Source of the DNA: Macrostomum lignano
Lineage: Eukaryota
Direction: 5' to 3'
NCBI GenBank assembly: GCA_002269645.1
Contig: NIVC01001737.1
Span: 1 to 64,000, forward strand
DNA: 64,000 nucleotides
Part shown: piece after piece, positions 39,907 to 58,802 of the stretch
Layout: each line of letters opens with the position of its first letter
Numbering within the stretch: the stretch's first letter is position 1
Made by a program: the position numbers and the translations under genes
Notes under the pieces: model-generated
Told to the model about the DNA's origin: nothing
What the model saw: the letters and a program-made list of their open reading frames with translations, nothing else
Databases searched by the model: none

Positions 39907-40672
39907 CTGACCCTGGGGGTCCATACCGTAAAGACTAATCTGCTGAATCATTGGTTCCACCTTAAAACGGCATAGTTAATATTTAATTTGACTCTGGCCC
40001 CATTAACCTCAAACCTTTTTGGACATTCACCTCAAAAGTTACGGCTAAATATGTGACGCATTTTGGTTGCCCCTCGGACGTTCCTTACCGGGCCTCGTGT
40101 CATTTCTAGTCAACCTCCAGTTCAGCCTTCTATAGCTCGTACTGTCAAGCCAGGGAACTCCGTTTCGAGTAATACCCCAATGAACTTCCTTCAGAAAATC
40201 TCGTCGAATATGTAACTAAATCAAATAAACATTTATTAACTGCTTATCAGCAAATTAATTAGTGAAGGCTCGCAATTAGAATTATTGCAATAGATTAAAA
40301 AAAAACTGACAAGTGCGACAGGTAAGCGGGAATAAAGCTCAGAGACAGACGTGAATAAAATATGGCCGCACAGATTTTCAATTTTTATTCTCAGTTACTT
40401 TGGTAATGTAAGTAGTCTGTAACGAGAATTGCTTTGAAAGTTCGAGAATTTCGTAACGTACAAAACAGGCGAATGTTACATGTATATTCCAAGAGCTATG
40501 CATAGCAGTTTTTGATGAGCTTTTTTCTATGGAGCCAGAGACAATACCCTTCATTGTTTTATGATATCAGTACGCACATACGTGCCGCTTGCACCACTAC
40601 ACTATTAGGACTTTTGTTATAGTATAAATAGTTAGTATAAGAAAACGGTTAGTGGGAATAAGACAACTGGGT

Positions 40673-40946
<274 letters not shown>

Positions 40947-40986
40947 GTTGATAGCAAGCAGTCAGATCCCCGAAGTCCCCAGTCGC

Positions 40987-43900
40987 TTATCGGCTCCCAC
41001 TGTCGCCGTCGGCGTCGCCGTCCTCATGGGCATCGCCGTCGCCGACATTCTCTGACGGCTGCCCTGTTGGCTTCGGCAGCTTCATCGGCGGCGGCTTCTG
41101 CGGCCTCGGCGTCACCGCCGCGTACTCGTCGCCGCCGAAGGAGTTGTTCGAACTGCGCCGGCTCGGCAGGCTGCCGCCCGCTCGTGAGCCGCTGCCGCCC
41201 GCGGCTTGGGCCGGCTCCATCTTCAAGTTGAGGGAGGGACGGGGTTCGGATTGGAAGAGGGGATGGAGATGCAAGTTAAATGTGAGATCTCACTGTTTCT
41301 CATATGATCTCATGGAATCTCACCGTAATCTCTCATGGAATCTCACCGTAATCTCTCCTGGAATCTTACCGTAATCTCTGCTGGAATCTTACCATAATCT
41401 CATGGAATCTCGCTGTAATCTCATGGAATCTCATCGGAATCTTCGACGGAATCTCACCGTAATCTCTCATGGAATCCCACCGGAATCTCATGGAATTTTA
41501 ACGGAGTCTCATGTAGTCTAGCCCTCTAAATCTTTTATTCTCTCCACACCGCATGGAACCTCAACACCTGTCGGGGATCTCATCTCCCTAACTCCCATTG
41601 CCATCTCACCGGGTCTGCTTCAATAGAATAGTCGTCATCGTCGAAGTTCTCAGCTTCGGATCTGCAATCAAACGAGTCGCTGTTGAAGTTAATTTCCATG
41701 GCTGCAAATTCGGGTTGCTCAAGCAGTACTCACACTATAAAGGTGCTGCAATCATAGGCGCCCTCGCCGCGTTGCCTGTCAAAGTCGCGAACAATCGATA
41801 GCATGTGCGATAGAGTCTGCGGGATTTGGGTTGAAGCGACGTGGGTTGTGTGAGAGTGAAATGGATGATTTGGGAGTTACATTGGTGATGTGAGAGTGAC
41901 ATGGATGATGTGAGAGTGACATAGGTGATGTGAAAGTGACATAGGTGATGTGAGAGTGACATGGGTGGTGTGAGAGTGACATGGATGATGTGAGAGCGAC
42001 ATGGGTAGTGTGAGAGTGACATGGGTGGTGTGAGAGGGACATGGATGATGTGAGAGTGACATGGGTGGTGTGAGAGGGACAAAGATGGTGTGAGAGTGAC
42101 ATGGGTGGTGTGAGATGAACATAGATGGTGTGAGAGTGACATGGGTGGTGTGAGAGTGACATGGGTGGTGTGAGAGGGACATAGATGGTGTGAGAGTGAC
42201 ATGGGTGGTGTGAGAGGGACATAGATGGTGTGAGAGTGACATGGGTGGTGAGAGTGACATGGGTGGTGTGAGAGTGACATGGGTAGTGTGAGAGGGACAT
42301 AGATGGTGTGAGAGTGACATGGGTGGTGTGAGAGGGACATAGATGGTGTGAGAGTGACATGAGTAGTGTGAGAGTGCCATGGGTGGTGTGAGAGTGACAT
42401 GGGTGGTGTGAGCGTGACGAAGGGTACTGCGACCAAATAATCTCTGTCAGAACGGAGGACACACCTCACTCTCAGCCTTCGCAATGTCACCCTGGATTTG
42501 AAACACGGAGCGCCACAATTTCGAGTAGAACTCCATGCGCCTGAAAAAATTGTTTGCTAATTTGCTGTCGTCATGAATATTAGAATAAAAATAAAAATAA
42601 CTATTGGCTCACGAGTTGTAGAACTTGGGCAATTCGTCTTGCAGCTTTCTCTGCACGATCCGGACCGAGGTGGCCTTCTCGTACGCCACGTTTTGCAACT
42701 GGAGTTTTCGAATTGACAGGCTTAGGAGTGACAGGACAAGAAATGAAGGCTGGGTGCTGTGTAGGGAGAGGGAGATTGGATAGAGATGTAGGGAGAGAAA
42801 AATTGGAGAGAGATGTAGGGAAAGGGAGATTGGATAGAGATGTAGGGAGAGAAAAATTGGAGAGAGATGTAGGGAAAGGGAGAATGGAGAGAGATGTAGG
42901 GACAGGGAGATTGGATAGAGATGTAGGGAAAGGGAGAATGGAGAGAGATGTAGGGACAGGGAGATTGGATAGAGATGTAGGGACAGGGAGATTGGATAGA
43001 GATGTAGGGAAAGGGAGAATGGAGAGAGATGTAGGGACAGGGAGATTGGATAGAGATGTAGGGAGAGGGAGATTGGAGAAAGATGTAGGGAGAGGGAGAT
43101 TGGAGAGAGATGTAGGGAGAAGGAGATTGGAGAGAGATGTAGAGAGAGGGAGATTGGAGAGAGATGTAGGGAGAAGGAGATTGGAGAGAGATGTAGGGAG
43201 AGGGAGATTGGAGAGAGACGTAGGGAGAAGGAGATTGGAGAGAGATGTAGGGAGAGGGAGATCGGAGAGAGATGTAGGGAGAAGGAGATTGGAGAGAGAT
43301 GTAGAGAGAGGGAGATTGGAGAGAGATGTAGGGAGAGGGAGATCGGAGAGAAATGTAGGGTGGAGATTGGAGAGAGATGTAGGGAGAAGCAGATTGGAGA
43401 GAGATGTAGGGAGAGGGAGATTGGAGAAAGATGTAGGGAGAGGGGGATCGGAGAGAAATGTAGGGTGGACATTGGAGAGAGATGTATTGTGGAGATTGGA
43501 GAAAGATGTAAGGAGTGGAATATCAGAGAGATGGAGCGCAAAGGAGATTGGAGAGATATGTAGAGACTAAGTGAGTTTTGTAGCCTCTGTACTTAATTAA
43601 AAGCGCAAAAACCTGCCACATACTACTATTCGACTACTCACGCGTCTCAGCTCGTCAGCATCGGCATTTTTTCTTCTCTGATAGGATTGCACTTTTCTGT
43701 CCGCTGACTTGCACTGCTTTGTCTTTTCAATGTAGTCCTTGATCTCTTTCTGAGAATGTTTTGGGCAATGGTCGGGGAGGAGTGGGGTTTATTCAGGCTA
43801 GGGGTAGAGAGTCGGGGAGGAGTGGGGTTTATTCAGGCTAGGGGTAGAGAGTCGGGGAGGAGTGGGGTTTATTTAGGCTAGGGGTAGAGAGTCCGGGAGG

Positions 43901-46004
43901 AGTGGGGTTTACCTAGGCTAGGGGTAGAGAGTCGGGGAGGAGTGGGGTTTATTTAGGCTAGGGGTAGAGAGTCGGGGAGGAGTGGGGTTTATTTAGGCTA
44001 GGGGTAGAGAGTCGGGGAGGAGTGGGGTTTATTTAGGCTAGGGGTAGAGAGTCGGGGAGGAGTGGGGTTTATTTAGGCTAGGGGTAGAGAGTCGGGGAGG
44101 AGTGGGGTTTATTTAGGCTAGGGGTAGAGAGTCGGGGAGGAGTGGGGTTTATTCAGGCTAGGGGTAGAGAGTCGGGGAGGAGTGGGGTTTATTCAGGCTA
44201 GGGGTAGAGAGTCGGGGAGGAGTGGGGTTTATTCAGGCTAGGGGTAGAGAGTCGGGGAGGAGTGGGGTTTATTTAGGCTAGGGGTAGAGAGTCCCTATTA
44301 CTTCAATAAACCGTAACTGTTAATCGCAGCTCACCTCATACGGGCCAAACTGATCCTTAAACACAATCGTCTCCTCAATCGGAATTGTCTCGAGGCTCTT
44401 TGCACCGTTTTGCCCAATATTTGTCAGAATCTGCAAATGATTTTGCAAAATTATCAAGAATTTTTATTCTATAAATGCACGTTTATGACAAAAAATAATT
44501 TTACCTCAAAGCTGCGTCTAAACTCTGACTTCTCAACCCAGTTGTCTTCATACAGGCTGTCCAACTCTGAGAAAAACTTCTGCTGAGATGTGATGAAGGC
44601 TGGAGACGAGATAAGTAAGTGTTAACTGGGGCTGCTTGCAATGAAACCCATTAAAAAGCACTACTATACTACTTCACACCTCCCCAAATCTCTACTCCTA
44701 GCCTAAATAAACCCCACTCCTCACCGACTCTCTACCCCTAGCCTGAATAAACCCCACTCCTCACCGACTCTCTACCCCTAGCCTAAATAAACCCCACTCC
44801 TCCCCGACTCTCTACCCCTAGCCTGAATAAACCCCACTCCTCCCCGACTCTCTACCCCTAGCCTGAATAAACCCCACTTCTACCCGACTCTCTACCCCTA
44901 GCCTAAATAAACCCCACTCCTCCCCGACTCTCTACCCCTAGCCTGAATAAACCCCACTCCTCCCCGACTCTCTACCCCTAGCCTGAATAAACCCCACTCC
45001 TCCCCGACTCTCTACCCCTAGCCTAAATAAACACCACTTTTTTTCAGAAAAGCTTAAGCCACACACTCAAGATATTCCTTCATTAAATTCGACATTAATT
45101 CCCAGGGAATATTCCTTCACTCACTTCTATAGGACTCCGTGTATTGTCGAAGAACTTTATACAGTCTATCCATCTTTTTCTGAAATGTAAGAATTAAAAT
45201 AAACTGATTCTATAAGCGCATAATTTATTCACTCATAAAATTACTTGTGAAATCATTCAGGAGCTCATGCATGAACTGATTCATTAAATCACTAATAAAC
45301 TCACTCAAAAACTTAATAAACTCATTCATGGCTGAAACCGACTCACTGATAAATTCACTCAAAAAACTCACCTTATAAGCACATCCATAAACTCACACGT
45401 AAACTCAATCATAAACACACTCTCAACTCATCTATAAACAAATTTATAAACACACGGATAAACTCATTCCTAAACTGACTCATAAACTCACTCATACGAG
45501 CGTAAACTCATTTATTAACACACCTATAAACTCACCAATAAACGCTCCCATTAACTCAGTCATAAACTCGTTTAAAAAACACACACATATAAACTCACAC
45601 ATAAACTATTCATAAACACACTCATAAAATCACCCATAAACTCACTCATAAACCCACTCATGAGCTCACCTTCAAATTCTTGAGCTTCTCATCGCTCGCC
45701 ATCACCGAGTCGGTCTCAGCCATGCCGCTCGAAGCCGAAGGTGAGAGGCCGCTGAAATTCTAAAACAAAAATTGGGTCGCGCGCAGCACAAGGCCAAGAA
45801 TTAGCAAGTCACTACCTCTTTAAAGCAATTAGCAGAGTCGCAAGAAGCCCCAGATAGAAACATCCAACTAAGCAGCAGTCGAAGTGAGTGTTGATGAAAA
45901 TCGAATGTCTAATAAAATTTAGCCAATTCAAATCCTATTTTAGAAAAAGCCGGTTTGATATAAATGCAGAGCCATAACTTTACCATCTTCCTGAGGGTTT
46001 CCAT
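40987..46004 (-). CDS. Amphiphysin/BIN-like BAR-domain protein, 11 coding exons, about 337 aa, no SH3
   Basis: Exons 46004-45984, 45759-45670, 45179-45125, 44599-44505, 44430-44335, 43749-43642, 42698-42613, 42540-42465, 41816-41734, 41679-41610, 41220-40987; all GT-AG with consistent phases (1014 nt). LQDELPKFYNSRMEFYSKLWRSV aligns with BIN1 [39 protein letters not shown]...SLYEDNW aligns with RLQKDLRTYLASVKAM...EVYEPDW. Confidence 0.82.
41290..41510. repeat. Degenerate GGAATCTCACCGTAATCTCTCAT repeat (BAR intron 10)
   Basis: Direct reading. Confidence 0.75.
41850..42412. repeat. 20-bp minisatellite GTGAGAGTGACATGGGTGGT (BAR intron 8)
   Basis: Direct reading. Confidence 0.95.
42765..43565. 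repeat. 27-bp purine-rich minisatellite GAGAGAGATGTAGGGAGAGGGAGATTG (BAR intron 6)
   Basis: Direct reading. Confidence 0.93.
43771..44293 (+). repeat. 40-bp minisatellite GGGGTAGAGAGTCGGGGAGGAGTGGGGTTTATT(C/T)AGGCTA, about 13 units (BAR intron 5)
   Basis: Direct reading. Confidence 0.97.
44690..45035 (-). repeat. Same 40-bp minisatellite in reverse orientation, about 8-9 units (BAR intron 3)
   Basis: TAGCCT(G/A)AATAAACCCCACTCCTCCCCGACTCTCTACCCC is the exact reverse complement of the 43771 unit. Confidence 0.97.
45250..45660. repeat. Degenerate ATAAACTCAC(TC) repeat (BAR intron 2)
   Basis: Direct reading. Confidence 0.75.
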
Positions 46005-46569
46005 GTTGCTGGCGGATACAGGAGGGCAGGAGCTGGTGGCAGGAAGGCCAGTGTGAAAGCCAGCGCCAATGCATGATTTATATACGGCACCCTGTGAACT
46101 AAAATCAGACAGAATACACGAGATCATTTCTTGCTTTAATGAAGGCCATGCGGGCTAAGATAATTAGTTGCCAATGAGATATGAGGCTGCGGACTAGGTT
46201 GCCCGCTGATAACTTCAGGCTCTGTTGCCAATGTACGGCAAACTGAACTCTACTGTAAACACTGCAGCCTGTGCTGATGCAGATAAGAAGCTGCCAGGAC
46301 TGCCTAGGTGTACAATAGTCCACTTTGCTGATACTGACTGCAGGGCGGATTGCAAGCCTCTATCAGGTATGCAATTCTTAGAGATTCAATAGGTGGGCAT
46401 GTCGGCCGCAAGCCGAACCAGACTGGATTTGTTTTGCTTTTTTTCTGCGCTGTGGCTGCTCCCTGGCTGCTGGATAGGCAGCTTTTTTACAGTATAGAAA
46501 ATTCTTTGCTGTCGCTGTGGCGAGTTGGTTCGCTTCATCCTCCTGTGAAACCCTGCGATCCCTTGCTGT

Positions 46570-47035
46570 CATCTCTGTGTCACCCCCTCCCCGTCTACCT
46601 CCCCCCTCAATCTCTCCGTCTCTCCCTCTCCCCGTCTACCTCTCCCCTCAATCTCTCCGTCTCTCCCTCTCCCCGTCTACCTCTCTTTCCGTTTCTCGCT
46701 CTCCGTCTCTCCCCCTCCCCGTCTGCCACCCCCTCCCCCTCTCCGTCTCTCACTCTCTGTCTCTCCCTCTCCCCGTCTACCCCCCCCCTCAATCTCTCCG
46801 TCTCTCCCTCTCCCCGTCTACCTCTCCCCTCAATCTCTCCGTCTCTCCCTCTCCCCGTCTACCTCTCCTTCCCCCTCTCCGTCTCTCCCTCGCCGTCTCT
46901 CCCTCTCCTTCTCTACCTCTCCGCCCCTGTCTCTGTCTTTCCCTCTCCGTTTCCGTCTTTCCATCTCCCTCTCTCCCTCTCCCTCTCCCTCTCTCCCTCT
47001 CCCTCTCCCTCTCTCTCTCCCTCTTCCTGTCCTCT
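46570..47035. repeat. CT-rich repeat / low complexity
   Basis: Direct reading. Confidence 0.85.
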
Positions 47036-47999
47036 TTCCTACTCCAGCCACTCTGATGCATTCGGTCAAAAACAAGTCAAGCCAAACAATTTTTCTAGCG
47101 CCCTTGGCAGACCTGCCTTTTTGGGTGGAGCTTGTGAACTATATTTTTTAAGTCGCAAACACCAAGACTAGTTGTAATGACGCACACAATATCGAATTAA
47201 AATCAACACAATACTTTTTAACAGAAGATACAAAAAACTGACGACAAAAGAGAATGCCTTGAGTAAAACTGTGAAAGAAATGTTTCAAAATGATCTTATA
47301 AAAAGAATTATTTGAACTTGCGCTTAACTACTACTCAATTACGGAATATATTACTATTAGTAGAGCATTAGATATACTTTTTAAGCTAATTTAATAGTAA
47401 ATCCTGAAATGCATGAGTAAAAAGTGTTCCCATGGTGATTCCATGGCTAATTAAAACTACTTAGAACAAAAATGGCAAGCAGAAAAACACAATTGGGAAA
47501 GTTTAAAGTAATCATACATGTGTAGTTAGTTGTAAAGCTACCAGAGCTTTACACTAAAGATATGACGATTCTAATGATAGAAAATACAAAAACACGAATT
47601 CTAACTTTAAGAAATTGCTTTTTAGAAAGGCAATTTTGACGACAGATATAGACTATTCTATTGCAATTTGCAAAGTTTCATTATTTGCTGATTTAACAAA
47701 ATTTTGCTGAAGGTTTTAACAGTCGAGAGTTCATTATTTATGCAACTTACTAACTCAGTAGTTTACTTTTTTAATATTTGGGCTATCGATTAATTCATTG
47801 AAAGAATTGAAAGTTAGAAAGAAGGTAATTGTTTATTAATTACATTCCTTAGATATTCAGAGTGGACATTTTCCTAAGAAATATAGCTAGTATCTAAGAT
47901 CTTTTATTAATAGGGAATTCGTCACAAATACTGTATACAGCTTGGACAATAAAATTGAAATTCCAAAAAATCCAGTCGGTATGCCATTCAATAAATTTA

Positions 48000-48410
48000 G
48001 AAATTCTAAGAAATCAAGCAGCTTTGCCATTCAAATAGGGAAATTCTATAAGAAATCAAGCAGCTTTGCCATTCATTAAATAGGGAAATTCTAAGAAACC
48101 AAGCAGCTTTGCCATTCATTAAATAGGGAAATTCTAAGAAACCAAGCAGCAATGCTATTTTAAATAAATAGGGAAATTCTAAGAAACCAAGCAGCTTTGC
48201 TATTTTAAATAAATAGGGAAATTCTAAGAAACCAAGCAGCAATGCTATTTTAAATAAATAGGGAAATTCTAAGAAACCAAGCAGCTTTGCCATTCATTAA
48301 ATAGGGAAATTCTAAGAAACCAAGCAGCAATGCTTTTTTAAATAAATAGGGAAATTCTAAGAAACCAGCAGCAATGCTATTCAATTAATAGGTAAATTCT
48401 AAGAAACCGT
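48000..48410. repeat. 43-45-bp minisatellite AAATAGGGAAATTCTAAGAAACCAAGCAGC+tail
   Basis: Direct reading, about 9 units. Confidence 0.92.
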
Positions 48411-48533
48411 ATGGCTTAAACTAAAAAAATACTTTTTTCTGTTATGTTTAAACTACTCCATGAACTCTCGACCGTCGTTTAAAAGTTCATTTCAAAACAG
48501 TGTTAATTATACGCTTAACCCTAATTAACATAA

Positions 48534-55227
<6,694 letters not shown>

Positions 55228-55300
55228 TGATAACGCGATTCAGTAAATATATCAGGAAGCTTGCAGAATCAAAGTCTGGCTCCAAATCCTTCAGATCGTA

Positions 55301-55310
55301 TTTTTATATA
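55301..55310 (-). promoter_or_regulatory. Candidate TATA box (TATATAAAAA) of the SLC6 gene
   Basis: About 75 nt upstream of the ATG, with GC-rich boxes just upstream (55335-55365); motif match only. Confidence 0.4.
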
Positions 55311-55879
55311 AGTCTGAGACCAAGGATTTACTCCGCGGAGGCGGGTGGGGGCGAGGGCGACGGCGAGGTAATATAGCCGGTTAGAAAGCGGCCAGTCGGA
55401 AGGTGAGGGGGAATTTCCATTCCAGTTCCCGTCCTGAGTCAGGGGAGGGGGGCTGGTTGTGGGAAATCCACAGATAGCCTAGATTCCTTAATGCTGACGT
55501 TGCACGCTGTTCCTACGTGATTCGGCAGATGAGCTGCGGGCGGGTTGTGAGATGGGGGGATCCGGTTGGGTCCGGTTTTAGCCGGCTAGGCTGGTCTCCC
55601 ATCCAACCCGACTCAAACCCCAAGGCTCCCTCAGTTCTCAATTGACGAATACGAGCTTAGCAAACGGTGGGATGTTGGGATGATTAAAGAGACGTGGCGC
55701 AGCTGTTATTGAGGCTATTCGAGAGTTAATAACTAGGACAACAAGGATGACAAGGTTAACAAAAATTTAGGCTGATGAAAATATTGCATCGGAGTAATAA
55801 ATTATTTTTTGAATATTTATCCATGCATATTTAACACTTTAGGTCTTTTGATACTTTTTCATGGTTTATGGCTCAAAGG

Positions 55880-56755
55880 TTTGCCAGCTGATGGGTTGTC
55901 GGTTGAGATGGTTGTCGGCTGAAGGGTTGTCGGTTAAGATGGTTGCAGTCAGCTGATGGGGTTGTCGGTTGAGATGGTTGTCGGTTAAGATGGTTGCAGT
56001 CAGCTGATGGGGTTGTCGGCTGATGAGTTGTCGATTGAGATGGTTGTCGGCTAATAAGTTGTCGGTTGAGATGGTTGTCGGCTAATGAGTTGTCGGTTGA
56101 GATGGTTGTCGGCTGATGAGTTGTCGGTTGAGATGGTTGTCGGCTAATGAGTTGTCGGTTGAGATGGTTGTCGGCTGATGAGTTGTCGGTTGAGATGGTT
56201 GTCGGCTGATGAGTTGTCGATTGAGATGGTTGTCGGCTAATAAGTTGTCGGTTGAGATGGTTGTCGGCTAATAAGTTGTCGGTTGAGATGGTTGTCGGCT
56301 GATGAGTTGTCGGTTGAGATGGTTGTCGGCTGATGAGTTGTCGGTTGAGATGGTTGTCGGCTGATGAGTTGTCGATTGAGATGGTTGTCCGCTGATGAGT
56401 TGTCGGTTGAGATGGTTGTCGGCTAATGAGTTGTCGGTTGAGATGGTTGTCGGCTGATGAGTTGTCGGTTGAGATGGTTGTCGGCTGATGAGTTGTCGGT
56501 TGAGATGGTTGTCGGCTGATGAGTTGTCGATTGAGATGGTTGTCCGCTGATGAGTTGTCGGTTGAGATGGTTGTCGGCTAATGAGTTGTCGGTTGAGATG
56601 GTTGTCGGCTAATGAGTTGTCGGTTGAGATGGTTGTCGGCTAATGAGTTGTCGGTTGAGATGGTTGTCGGCTAATGAGTTGTCGATTGAGATGGTTGCAT
56701 GGAGTCAGCTGATGGGGTTTTGGTTGTGATGGTTGTCAGCTGAAGGGGTTGTCAG
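55880..56755. repeat. 31-bp minisatellite GTTGTCGGTTGAGATGGTTGTCGGCT(G/A)ATGA
   Basis: Direct reading; a 16+15 dimer of a GTTGTCGG core. Confidence 0.95.
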
Positions 56756-57542
56756 CTGGTAAAAGTAAGGGATGTAAGCGTGTTGGGATATTGTGTACTG
56801 TTTGACTCCAGACTACTAAAGAAATTTTTTCTGATATTGTGTCTTCCCGCGGCTTTCCATTTCCCCTTTTTAAATCAATCTTCAAAAATCAATTTCCAGA
56901 CTGTGCAGAGCCGGACAGAAAAGTGATAAACAACACAGAGCTCTAAGTTATTGCTTCTAAAACTGTCTAGCTACGAGTACATGCTCTGCTACCTGCTATA
57001 GGCATCAATAATTTCGATTCTAAGCTCAAAACAATAAAGAAGCTGATTGAACGAATGAAGAATTATGAACTGACCATGAATCAGATAGTTTTTATCGACT
57101 CAAATTGATGATAGACTTGCCCTTGGTAATTACACATGATTACTCTTTTTGCAAACTCGCTGGCACGCCGGCCAGGGACTACTCTAAATAAAAGTTTAAA
57201 TTAAAATAGTCCCTTCGAGCACGCTATTTTCTACAGCAGTTATTTGTGATTGACTACAATTGACTAAGTATTTCTATGATTGTCGCGGTTCAAGTGATTT
57301 TATTTACGAGCGGTAGTATAATTTCAACAAATATCCTAATTGCAGATAAAATTCTGCTTTCACTAATAAATAATAATTAAGTAAATTCCAATAGTGTCAA
57401 ATAGTTTCCATTGAAATGTACTATTTTAACGCTAACTGGATAAAGAAGTGAGTCCAGCTTGTGAAAAACACAGACGTCAATTTCCCGAGCGATTCTGCTT
57501 GAAATTTCACTTAAAACTGGGTTATAGACTACTTAAAGTAAA

Positions 57543-57781
57543 CCTTTCACGTTCAATCTTGATCAAGGTCCACAGTTCTAAAAAAACTAGCGGAAAGTCA
57601 AATTCAGACTGGGGACAATTTTGTCTGTGGCTAAACCTTGCTTCAGTGGCAAAATTGACAGAATGTTTTGAGCTGGGGTTTGTTTTTATTGATTTTCCGT
57701 AAGCGTTGCCTGAATTGTCTGAATTGAATTTCCGCTAGTTATTTTAGAACTGGACTTTGATCAAAATTGAACGTGAAAAGG
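57543..57781. repeat. Older imperfect inverted repeat (about 66-bp arms), possible MITE relic
   Basis: 57543-57609 (CCTTTCACGTTCAAT...CTAGCGGAAA...TTCAGAC) vs 57717-57781 (GTCTGAA...TTTCCGCTAG...ATTGAACGTGAAAAGG). Confidence 0.6.
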
Positions 57782-57787
57782 TGTGTA

Positions 57788-58802
57788 CACCATTTTACCC
57801 TCGATTTTGAACAAGGAGAACTTCGAAACTGACAAACTCCTCTTCAATATTGACACTCTATGGTCGGGCACTCAAAATCTACAATCAATATTGACAGATC
57901 AAGCTTCAATTTTGACAAACTCTGGTTCAATTTTGACAATGAACGTTTAGTCAACTTCTCCTGGGAGAATTCGGTAACAAAGTAATCCAATGAAAGCCTG
58001 AACGGGGCTGAAGTGAGCTGTGCAAAATCAGCTTATTCTGACTTTGCTTTTTGGATCTACAAGTATTGATAAAATTTATTTTTCTCCATCCTTTACACAC
58101 AGACTAAAATAGCCTGACTGGTTGGGCTGCAAAGTCCGATTCTATTTTGACAGAGTTGCTTCAAAACTGACACTCTATGGTTTGTGTACCCAAAAAGTCC
58201 GCTACATACAAAAGATTCCCATACATGTACTCGTAGATACATGCAGCCAGTACCCTCTCCCAAATAGCAAGTACCCCCCCTTAAGAGAGAAATCTTAATA
58301 AAAATGGTCAAAATCTATTTTTTAAAATGTCTTAGTCAAAATCGATTGTAAACTGTTCAATATTGATTAGGAGTTGTCAAAAATGAAGCGGACTTTTTGG
58401 GTACACAAACCATAGAGTGTCAGTTTTGAAGCAACTCTGTCAAAATAGAATCGGACTTTGCAGCCCAACCAGTCAGGCTATTTTAGTCTGTGTGTAAAGG
58501 ATGGAGAAAAATAAATTTTATCAATACTTGTAGATCCAAAAAGCAAAGTCAGAATAAGCTGATTTTGCACAGCTCACTTCAGCCCCGTTCAGGCTTTCAT
58601 TGGATTACTTTGTTACCGAATTCTCCCAGGAGAAGTTGACTAAACGTTCATTGTCAAAATTGAACCAGAGTTTGTCAAAATTGAAGCTTGATCTGTCAAT
58701 ACTGATTGTAGATTTTGAGTGCCCGACCATAGAGTGTCAATATTGAAGAGGAGTTTGTCAGTTTCGAAGTTCTCCTTGTTCAAAATCGAGGGTAAAATGG
58801 TG
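57788..58802. mobile_element. Non-autonomous foldback DNA transposon, 416-bp terminal inverted repeats, TA target-site duplication
   Basis: Arms 57788-58203 and 58387-58802 are reverse complements (one mismatch seen: CAATATT vs CAATACT); 183-bp spacer; TA at 57786-57787 and 58803-58804; no transposase ORF. Confidence 0.9.

Noticed and set aside
41610-41816. Caspase-like reading (YDCSTFIV) and apparent UGA readthrough at 41732
   Set aside because: The upstream exons are clearly BAR-like, there is no SHG/QACRG, and a canonical 54-nt intron removes the stop.
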